Below, in pieces: positions 1 through 6,691 of a DNA stretch of 6,988 bases; positions within the stretch are counted from its first letter, which is position 1; every line of letters begins with the position of its first letter. The translations under genes and the position numbers were made by a program. The DNA comes from Paraspadella gotoi. Taxonomy: Eukaryota > Animalia > Chaetognatha. Under the pieces are notes generated by a model. That model was given only the letters and a program-made list of their open reading frames with translations, was not told where the DNA came from and searched no databases. The stretch covers positions 1 to 6,988 of the forward strand of contig JBJCIZ010001562.1 of assembly GCA_051294375.1 (NCBI GenBank), given 5' to 3'.

Positions 1-136
1 GCCTCAACGTTTCTTCTGGTCGCCTACGCTCCAACCCTGTTGCAACCCTAAGAAGAAACTCATTTCTTGCACTGTTTGTTTGTTTTGTTTGCTCATCCCT
101 TTTATTTAGATTTCAGTTCAGACCTCAACTTAGATC

Positions 137-790
137 ATGGCTTCTAGCCACAAGCGCGTCAATGACGCCATCACGCTCATTAGTTCTGATTACAAGCCTT
201 ACGGCGATATTTCCCTGGATCGGGAGATCCAATCAGTTTTCATTCATTACGGACTTTCTCTCGATACTGTCAATACATTGGTTCAACAAGGATGCGATTC
301 TCTGGACATGTTTCGGCTGGCTGACCCCGATGATCCTGATGGCAAGGTGTGCTTCAAACAGATTGAGGAAATCCTCCCAGGGTCCCAGAGGGGTGCCACG
401 CTTGTTTCAAAGTTTGAGATCACGAAGCTGAAGGGGGCTATTCGCCGTTTATGTCGCGATGATTTTCTTGCGGCTGTCTCGAAGCGTCCCGCTCCGGCGG
501 TACAAGTGCCAGCCAAGAGGTCGGCTTCATCTGCTGGGGCACCCGCGCCCTCTACGTCAGCTTCGGCCTGTTCCCTAAGCGCCGACGTCGCGGTTCCCAC
601 CCCATCGTCGGCGACCGTTTCGCCCAAGGTTATCAAGAAAGTCAAGAAACCAGTGATTTATGATGACGCTTCATCTGAGGACCTCTCCGCTCCTGACTCA
701 TCTGAGGAGCCCGAAGGCGAAGCGAGAGCCAAATCAGAGAAAGGGGATGACAAATGCCTTACCCGTACCTTTTATAAAATCGCCTCTGAG
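137..790 (+). CDS. gag: Gag-like ORF1, exon 1 (218 codons; the unspliced ORF runs to TGA at 817): SAM-like helical N-terminus plus Ser/Ala/Pro-rich and acidic linker
   Basis: ATG at 137, first ORF of the element. Codon 218 (GAG) ends at 790 immediately before GTTAGT and joins in frame to the CCHC-bearing ORF at 846. Confidence 0.72.
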
Positions 791-845
791 GTTAGTGTTT
801 TGCTTATTGAGATATGAATAGATGAATATAATTTCGCACATACAG
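791..845 (+). other. Probable spliceosomal intron (55 nt, phase 0) in gag
   Basis: GAG|GTTAGT ... CACATACAG|GAA. 16/55 GC (29%), clearly lower than the flanking coding sequence. Contains the ORF1 stop. Removal fuses KIASE to EMKSLR in frame, giving 388 aa. Confidence 0.75.
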
Positions 846-1358
846 GAAATGAAGAGCTTGCGCTCTGATATAGTGGGCATTTGTCGCACTAAGACCCGCC
901 AGAACGATGATTTTTCTGGCTACGACTTGTTGTTTTACATGCTGTCCCAACTTAAACGTGCTGCCTCACGCCTGGAGCTTTCCCCGCAGCTGCAGGCTGC
1001 TGCGCGACGCTTTAGATTTGATTTGAAACAACTGATACAAGAGGCCAAGACGCATGCCTCTTTGGGTTTGGATGGCACTGCTGCCATTGTCCTGTCAGAG
1101 CTGTCAGGCTCTGCATCCTCTGAGACCTCCAGGCGTGTGGCCAAGGCCTTTCGCGACAAAGCGACTGCAGCCCTTCGTTCCCGCAGTGGCGGTCAGGTGG
1201 TTCGCGCCGCTAAGCCCAAGGGCCAACCTCGTTCGCAAGCCGATTCATCTCGCGCAACGCTGAGATCTAAATTCGACCCCAAGCAGGACAAATGTTACAA
1301 TTGTCTCCGTGTTGGGCATATGTCGAAGGATTGCCCTGCCCCGCGCAAGCAGTCATAA
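846..1358 (+). CDS. gag: Gag-like ORF1, exon 2 (170 aa; listed ORF 822..1358) with basic region and C-terminal CCHC zinc knuckle
   Basis: CYNCLRVGHMSKDC = CX2CX4HX4C at 1293-1334, preceded by an Arg/Lys-rich segment; TAA at 1356-1358. Confidence 0.85.
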   Translation, partial: EMKSLRSDIVGICRTKTRQNDDFSGYDLLFYMLSQLKRAASRLELSPQLQAAARRFRFDLKQLIQEAKTHASLGLDGTAAIVLSELSGSASSETSRRVAKAFRDKATAALRSRSGGQVVRAAKPKGQPRSQADSSRATLRSKFDPKQDKCYNCLRVGHMSKDCPAPRKQS

Positions 1359-1457
1359 ACGGATTGATATTAATTTTCTATGTTTGTTATTCGCTAAAGT
1401 TTGACATTTTGTTTCTTTGCAATTCTTTGATTCCCTTTGTTGGGGCCTTTGTTAGAC

Positions 1458-2480
1458 AGGTACCATTTGGGAGGTGCCACGGGCACTCAGCTTTAACTGT
1501 CCAAACTCTACCTTTGGATACATAAAAGGTACCTTGCGTTGTAACTACTTCATGGGTCAAGTCCACCCCTTCGGTAACCTAAGCAGGGTTTATGGCTGTC
1601 CGGCGGGTAGGCCAGTGGGCTGCCCCATCCCTTTCTAGGCCTCAGGCCTATGGTTTGCAAGAGTAGGTCCGCGGGACCGTGGGCACAGGAACCGATGTCA
1701 ATTCACAGGAATGACTTTTGGCTTCGGGCCATTGACCGACACAGTGTTGCCCCTTGAGACTCAGGGCTCTTGGGCCACTGCTGGTGTGACCTTACCCCAA
1801 GACTTTGTGCTCTTGGGCATCTGCGAATGGGTCTAGGACCCACATGGGGTCATTTCTTGAGACAAAGGGCTCTTGGCTTGACGCCCGACCACTGGGGCAA
1901 TCCCTCCGAGACTTAGGGCTCTGAAGGACCCCCCCCCACAAGCTGTTGCGGCTTCTGTTGGGTCATGAACGCATATGCAATTGCTTGCGACAATCAGTCC
2001 CCCCGGGGGACGATCTTGTGTGCCCATTTTCAGCCTGGAGGGCTGCCGTTTAGGATCGCGGATCCTTATGGGGTTGTCCATAGAGAGCATGGCTCTTGGT
2101 TCAACGCCCTGCTCCCCAAGGGGGACGCCTCGTGTGCCACGTTCAGCCTGTAGGGCCATTGCTCAGGGTTGAGGACCCTGTTGGGGTTGTTCCCAGAGAC
2201 GTAGGGCTCTCGGTTCAATGCCCTCCGAATGAGTGGGCCTTGGGGCCCTCTTGGCACTCTGCTTGAGCCAGTGGCGCTTGCGTTGCGAGCCCGTGCGAGA
2301 CTGGTCATTGAGACTGAGGGCTCTTGGTCCAGTGCTCGACGAGTGGTCCAAGAGACATTAGGGCTCTTGGGCATTAGTCAATGCAACGATCCTGGGCCTT
2401 GGGGTCCTGCAAGCCACCCACTGACTGGGCGCTGATGCGCCGGCATTAAGTGGGACCTGCTTGACGTAGGGCATGCAGGT
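1458..2480 (+). ncRNA. Putative large structured cis-acting RNA in the gag-pol spacer
   Basis: No convincing ORF. About 20 local hairpins read by eye, e.g. GTGCC-ACG-GGCAC 1474-1486, TCCAAA-N7-TTTGGA 1500-1518, TAGGCC-TCA-GGCCTA 1636-1650, GGTCC-GCG-GGACC 1666-1678, GGGTC-TAG-GACCC 1829-1841, GTCCCC-CCG-GGGGAC 1997-2011, AGGATC-GCG-GATCCT 2052-2066, CAGGGTT-GAG-GACCCTG 2164-2180, GGGCC-TTGG-GGCCC 2235-2248. Confidence 0.6.
1756..2472 (+). repeat. Dispersed array of ~9 stem-loop motifs, consensus (GA)GAC-NNA-GGGC(TCTTGG)
   Basis: Core copies at 1758 GACTCAGGGC, 1801 GACTTTGTGC (degenerate), 1861 GACAAAGGGC, 1910 GACTTAGGGC, 2085 GAGCATGGC (degenerate), 2198 GACGTAGGGC, 2312 GACTGAGGGC, 2354 GACATTAGGGC, 2463 GACGTAGGGC. 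Each sits at the apex of a hairpin. Confidence 0.85.
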
Positions 2481-2549
2481 TGCTCTTTGCTACCAATAAA
2501 TTTCTTACCCGGTTCTTCATGGTTAAACCAGTTTCTTATCCGCACTCAG
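2479..2549 (+). other. Candidate intron (71 nt, phase 0) at the 5' end of pol
   Basis: ATG CAG|GTTGCT ... TTTCTTATCCGCACTCAG|GAA. Removal gives M-Q-E-F-A-T-Y in the pol frame and supplies an ATG (2473) that the listed TTG-started ORF lacks. The acceptor is good; the donor is weak. Confidence 0.5.
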
Positions 2550-5330
2550 GAATTTGCCACATACTTACGTCGTCGCGCTTCTCGACCTCGCATCACCGTT
2601 GACAACTTCGATCCTCTGAGCATCACTCCTCTGCCGCCTTCAGACATGTGGATATCGCTGGAAGGCTCACCCGCGCCCCCTCCTGACTTTGCAACTCTTC
2701 CTTTGCCCTCGTCAGTTCTCGCTGGTCTGGAACTTCCAGATTTTAGTGGTATCCGTCTGCGTGCGCCCGATTCCTTCAGGAGTGGGAATCTGCGACGGAA
2801 CTACTTCGCATGGAATACGATCATGGCAGACATCCCGCTTTACGACACCGTGTGCCCATGGATTCGGGACGGCGTACACATTCCTTCCTTTTTTCAGTAC
2901 TATGAGGGGGAGTACAATGGTAGGACATTCAGCTCGACCATCCCCCCAGAGATGTATTTTCAGAACGCCCCAATCTGTCTGGAGTTCAAGGATTTCGTCT
3001 CTCAGACAATTCTGCAACGGCTGCGAGAGGGGAGTGTGCAATGTCTGGGTCGTGTTGGAATTGACCCTCCCCCGCGAGTGATCAATGCGCTTTCAGTTGA
3101 ACCATCAAAGCCGCGGCTGATCCTGTCAATGAAAGCGGTTAACCTGTTCTGCCGTGACACGCCCTTCACCCTAACCAAGCTTGCTGACATCGTGAGAGTT
3201 CTACCCAAAGATACTTTTTTCACTTCGTACGATGATGTTCAGGGCTACAAACATGTCGCGCTGACGCCTGAATCTTTTCAATATTGTGGTTTCGAGTGGG
3301 CTGGATTTTGGTTTTGCGACACAACACTTCCATTCGGTTGGAAGAACAGCGCTTTCGTCTACTCGACCACTGGCTCTGCCTTGTCTGATTGGCTTCGGGC
3401 TCGCGAAATCCATAGCGAACTGTGGATCGATGACAGGTTCGTGGGACTGGCCCCACGAATCACCTCTGGCATGAAATACCAAGCCACTCAGGACTCCCTA
3501 TTCTCTCGGGCTGCTCGCGCATCCTACTGCCTTCTGTACGCCTCAGCAAAATTGGGATATTTCATCTCCCCCAGTAAAAGCCAGCTCCTTCCAGTCCAGC
3601 GTATTGTCCACCTCGGCTTTGGGATTGACGCCGCAACGTCATCTTATTTTTTACCGGAAAAAGTTCGCCGAAAATTCAGTCTTCTGCGGAATAAGTTGCT
3701 ATCATCTGGCCTGGCCACGCTCCATGACATCCAGTCCTTTGTTGGCAAATGCAACAGCCTACGCCTGGTATTCCCAGCCTCCTCTCTTTTCACCTTCCAC
3801 TGTCAAAGAGCGATGGCATCACACGATGTAGTTCCCACAGGGTTGTCTAAAGAAGCCCTTGATGAGATTTCATTCTGGTCCTTCCTGGACTCCTGGTCGG
3901 ACCCGATCCCTTTTCGACATGAGCAGCACATCTCTCTTGCTCTTTTCACCGATGCTTCGGGCTTTGCCTGGGGGGCCAATGTGTCCCTTCCCTCTGGCCC
4001 ACTTGTTCTACGTGATTACTGGTCAGCAACTTACATGCAGACAGATATTGCCACCAAGGAGGCATTGGCGCTGTTTTTTGCGCTCCAATCGATTGCGGAC
4101 CACATGTGGGATAGACGAGTGGATGTCGCAGTCGACAATCAGGGCCTTTTCCATGCTTGGACTGGCCTGCGAGCTTCCTCACGCAGCCTAGTTGGCGTTT
4201 TGCGCTCCATATTTTTGCTTTCCCTGGAGGTGAATGCCATAATTACTCTGCGGTGGGTCCCAACGGACCAAAACCTAGCGGATCTCCCATCGCGTATGCT
4301 GCAACGTTCGGACTCGGCACTCTCAGCACCTCTTCGAGCCAAAGTTTGGCAGAACTTTGGGCCTCTGCATCTTGATCTCATGGCTCTGCCCTCCAATGCC
4401 TTTTGTCGTCCGGATGGCTCCAGGCTCCCCTTTTTCTCGCCTCACCCTGTTCCAGGCGCTGCAGCTGTTGACGTTTTTGCACAGCCTCGTCCTGAAGGCA
4501 CGTTATATGCATTCCCACCCTTCGTCATGATCGCTCACATCATTAAGCTTCTTATCGAGTGGGGAGATTGTCGGGCTGTTCTCATTCTCCCCTTGACAGC
4601 CTCGTCTCGGCCCCCATGGCTTCACCTCTTGAAGCCCTTTGTCCATGATCAGCGCCTCCTCTCGGCACCCAGTGATATTGGTGCCCTTAACATTCCATCT
4701 AGGTCGGGCCTCATGCCGAATGCGCTCCCACTTGGTTTTGGCCTCGTTGCATACGATTGTCGTTTTCCCCTCCGCAGGCCCATCACCACTCCGGGTTGGC
4801 ATCCTCTACGCATACTCATTGTCTCAGACTCAATGTTTCGGCCCTTCCAGGAGTACTCATGGCCACACCCATTTTGCGTCTCTCTGTTTGCCCTATCAGG
4901 GGCTCCCATTTCATCCGTTGCCACGAAGGCAAGTCAGCAGCTTCGCTCATGCCACTTCGACGCGTGCGTCATTCATGCCGGGATTAATGATGTTTCCCGA
5001 TCGAGAGGTTCAGCTGAAGACTTTCGCAAGTCTTTCTCCACGTCTGTGACTTCTTTAGCTGAGCGCCTGGAGCCTTGCGAGCGAATCCTGATCTCTGGGG
5101 TTTGCCAGACCAGGAAACCTGACTTGAATGTCAAAGTATTTGTGTGTAACGAAACCCTTCGCCGGGTTTGCGAGGACAGCGATTGGTCCTTCATCTCGAA
5201 TGATACGATAACCACGGTTGATCTATGCGACAATGTTCATTTGAACGCCTCGGGCGTTGCAAAAGTATTTAGGAGACTAGTTCATAGTTTACGTTTATCC
5301 TTAAATGTCCTTCACCGCGCTTCTGTTTGA
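2487..5330 (+). CDS. pol: Pol polyprotein: reverse transcriptase + RNase H + DNA N6-adenine methyltransferase-like domain + SGNH hydrolase (true start uncertain; 2487 is TTG)
   Basis: 947-codon open frame. RT motifs: KPRLI, SYDDVQGYKHV (D 3231), LPFGW (3327), WIDD (3423-3434), HLGFGID. RNase H: FTDAS (D 3951), KEALA (E 4059), VDNQ (D 4134), NLADLPSR (D 4281). MT: LDLMA, DVFAQ, YAFPPF. SGNH blocks at the C-terminus. Confidence 0.95.
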   Translation: MLPINFLPGSSWLNQFLIRTQEFATYLRRRASRPRITVDNFDPLSITPLPPSDMWISLEGSPAPPPDFATLPLPSSVLAGLELPDFSGIRLRAPDSFRSGNLRRNYFAWNTIMADIPLYDTVCPWIRDGVHIPSFFQYYEGEYNGRTFSSTIPPEMYFQNAPICLEFKDFVSQTILQRLREGSVQCLGRVGIDPPPRVINALSVEPSKPRLILSMKAVNLFCRDTPFTLTKLADIVRVLPKDTFFTSYDDVQGYKHVALTPESFQYCGFEWAGFWFCDTTLPFGWKNSAFVYSTTGSALSDWLRAREIHSELWIDDRFVGLAPRITSGMKYQATQDSLFSRAARASYCLLYASAKLGYFISPSKSQLLPVQRIVHLGFGIDAATSSYFLPEKVRRKFSLLRNKLLSSGLATLHDIQSFVGKCNSLRLVFPASSLFTFHCQRAMASHDVVPTGLSKEALDEISFWSFLDSWSDPIPFRHEQHISLALFTDASGFAWGANVSLPSGPLVLRDYWSATYMQTDIATKEALALFFALQSIADHMWDRRVDVAVDNQGLFHAWTGLRASSRSLVGVLRSIFLLSLEVNAIITLRWVPTDQNLADLPSRMLQRSDSALSAPLRAKVWQNFGPLHLDLMALPSNAFCRPDGSRLPFFSPHPVPGAAAVDVFAQPRPEGTLYAFPPFVMIAHIIKLLIEWGDCRAVLILPLTASSRPPWLHLLKPFVHDQRLLSAPSDIGALNIPSRSGLMPNALPLGFGLVAYDCRFPLRRPITTPGWHPLRILIVSDSMFRPFQEYSWPHPFCVSLFALSGAPISSVATKASQQLRSCHFDACVIHAGINDVSRSRGSAEDFRKSFSTSVTSLAERLEPCERILISGVCQTRKPDLNVKVFVCNETLRRVCEDSDWSFISNDTITTVDLCDNVHLNASGVAKVFRRLVHSLRLSLNVLHRASV
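2495..2500 (+). promoter_or_regulatory. Candidate polyadenylation signal AATAAA for a gag-only transcript
   Basis: Canonical hexamer directly after the structured spacer, followed by T/GT-rich sequence, inside the candidate pol intron. Confidence 0.35.
4320..4770 (+). other. DIRS-type DNA N6-adenine methyltransferase-like domain within Pol (approximate bounds)
   Basis: FGPLHLDLMALPSN (D 4374), FFS, AVDVFAQP, LYAFPPF (4503-4523), AVLILP, PPW. This motif series is typical of the MT domain that follows RNase H in DIRS1/PAT elements. Confidence 0.8.
4803..5300 (+). other. SGNH/GDSL hydrolase (esterase) domain at the Pol C-terminus
   Basis: Block I ILIVSDSM (Ser 4830), block II LSGA, block III HAGIND (Asn 4986), block V DNVHLN (Asp 5229, His 5238), in the correct order and spacing. 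Confidence 0.88.
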
Positions 5331-6546
5331 ATTTCAGCCTGATGGTTACACGTTGAGACGCAATCAGCTCTTGTGTCATGTTGAAGGAACCCGATATGAA
5401 AAGAAAAAATCAAAACTAACGCAAGATTTCCTCGACTTCCTGGAAACAACTTCATCCAAATCTACGCTTCGCTCTGCCACGGATGAGGATGTTTGTAGAT
5501 TTTTATACATTCGCGATATAAGAGGACGTACTCAGGTTCATACCGCGGGTTGCGCATTCATCGGGCTACATGGGATTCGAAATTGTGGCTGCCCTGTCAG
5601 GCTCGCTTCCGGAACAGTAGACTCCATTATTGGCCAGCTTCGCGCTGCATTTAACGCTGTAGGTCGTTGTGGGGATTTCTCTCCGACCAATCCGGACTCG
5701 AATCCTTGCGCTTCGCCACTTGTCAAGAAGTGGCTCAAGGCTTCTGCTATCGAGCAACGCAAGGCAAGGATTACGCCACGCCAAGCGCCGCCACTATTTT
5801 CCACGCACCTGCGCTTGCTCGCATCGGAAATTTCCCGTCGCTTATCATCACTCCCATCGAACGCGGCTTTCCTCCCGGATATCTTCGTCCTTCAACGTGA
5901 TCTCGCATTTTTTCTTACTCAGTGGTTTGCCGGCGATCGTGCCGGTGATCTTGGAAGTACCTTTGGGAAAGATGTGACGCGTCTTGAATGTGGTTCCCTA
6001 CTTTTCAATCATGTTATCGGAAAGACGATCCGGGAGAGCAGCGGGGATCTCCTCGTCATACCCAAGGTTCCAGAGGAGCCACTCCTCTGTCCTGTTTCAG
6101 CTTTGGACTGCTATGTCTCTGCCTGCAAGTCTCATGGGCTTGACGTGGTCAACAGCTTCCTCTTTCGGCCAACGAAACCTCCGACTCATGACAAAGTGTC
6201 CGCTGCCCCCTTTTCTTCGGCGAATACCACCAAGCGCCTTCGCCATTATCTCTCTGAGGACGATTTTCCTGTATCCGACCTATCCGCTCATGGATCACGT
6301 GCTGGTTGCGCCATTACCCTTCTCATGCTTGGCGCCTCGGAGCAGGATGTCATGGATCATTGTCGTTGGGCATCTGAGCGCGTTTTCACGCACTATACGA
6401 AGTTGCGACGAGTCTCCCGGGCGTCTGGATCTGCTAATATCCTCCGCTCCGGGTTCACTTCGAACGGCTCAGCACTGCCGCCGGCTGATAATGCAGCTTT
6501 ATTATACGAACTGCAGAATGCGGGAGGCACTAGGCGTGCGTTTTAG
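5305..6546 (+). CDS. Tyrosine recombinase (integrase) with N-terminal ALOG DNA-binding domain
   Basis: Catalytic set R (GDRAGDL, 5938), K (GKT, 6022), HxxR (HGSR, 6289-6300), W (HCRW, 6367), Y (FTHY, 6394), plus an LCPV motif. Overlaps the pol end by 26 nt in another frame. Confidence 0.94.
   Translation: MSFTALLFEFQPDGYTLRRNQLLCHVEGTRYEKKKSKLTQDFLDFLETTSSKSTLRSATDEDVCRFLYIRDIRGRTQVHTAGCAFIGLHGIRNCGCPVRLASGTVDSIIGQLRAAFNAVGRCGDFSPTNPDSNPCASPLVKKWLKASAIEQRKARITPRQAPPLFSTHLRLLASEISRRLSSLPSNAAFLPDIFVLQRDLAFFLTQWFAGDRAGDLGSTFGKDVTRLECGSLLFNHVIGKTIRESSGDLLVIPKVPEEPLLCPVSALDCYVSACKSHGLDVVNSFLFRPTKPPTHDKVSAAPFSSANTTKRLRHYLSEDDFPVSDLSAHGSRAGCAITLLMLGASEQDVMDHCRWASERVFTHYTKLRRVSRASGSANILRSGFTSNGSALPPADNAALLYELQNAGGTRRAF
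5392..5775 (+). other. ALOG domain with HxxxC...CxC zinc ribbon (approximate bounds)
   Basis: FL..D..GRTQVHTAGC...CGCPVRLASGTVDSIIGQLRAAF...NPCASPLVKKWLK...EQRKAR matches the plant LSH1/G1 ALOG pattern as I recall it (GKTKVHxxxC...[23 protein letters not shown]...NPF...QAKARG). His 5539, Cys 5551, 5584, 5590. Confidence 0.88.
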
Positions 6547-6630
6547 ACCTGGGTGAGGTATTGGATGAGGTATGGGTCGGATCGTACCTCCGCAGGTCAG
6601 TGGGGAACGGAATAGCTGCTCGAGCCGGGC

Positions 6631-6691
6631 CCTTGCGCCCATCTCTTATCCAGGAGCAGGTGAGTCCATCGTGCAGGGAGGATAGTACACT
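6631..6691 (+). repeat. Direct repeat, internal copy (B1 of a split direct repeat)
   Basis: 6631-6674 (CCTTGCGCCCATCTCTTATCCAGGAGCAGGTGAGTCCATCGTGC) is identical to 6896-6939; similarity continues with indels to 6691. Confidence 0.9.

Noticed and set aside
671-708. TCATCTGAGGA repeated twice
   Set aside because: Encodes SSED/SSEE in a low-complexity acidic linker; explained by the protein sequence.
1756-2370. CRISPR-like array (short palindromic repeats separated by unique sequence)
   Set aside because: Repeats are short and degenerate, spacing is irregular (about 42-175 nt), the intervening sequences form the stems of the hairpins, there are no cas genes, and the context is a eukaryotic retroelement.
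1833-2435. Short ORFs on both strands in the gag-pol spacer
   Set aside because: 62-108 aa, Gly/Pro/Arg-rich translations of GC-rich hairpins with no recognisable motif.
2421-2450. Hammerhead ribozyme suggested by CTGAC/CTGATG
   Set aside because: No CUGANGA plus GAAA core in the required arrangement.
2487-6546. Bacterial RT system or prophage integrase locus
   Set aside because: The CCHC Gag, DIRS-type RT/RNase H/MT order, ALOG domain and spliceosomal signals all indicate a eukaryotic retrotransposon.
2689-6556. Alternative-frame and antisense ORFs inside pol and the recombinase (e.g. 5984-6556, 4639-5049)
   Set aside because: Shadow ORFs of long coding frames, with no motifs recognised.
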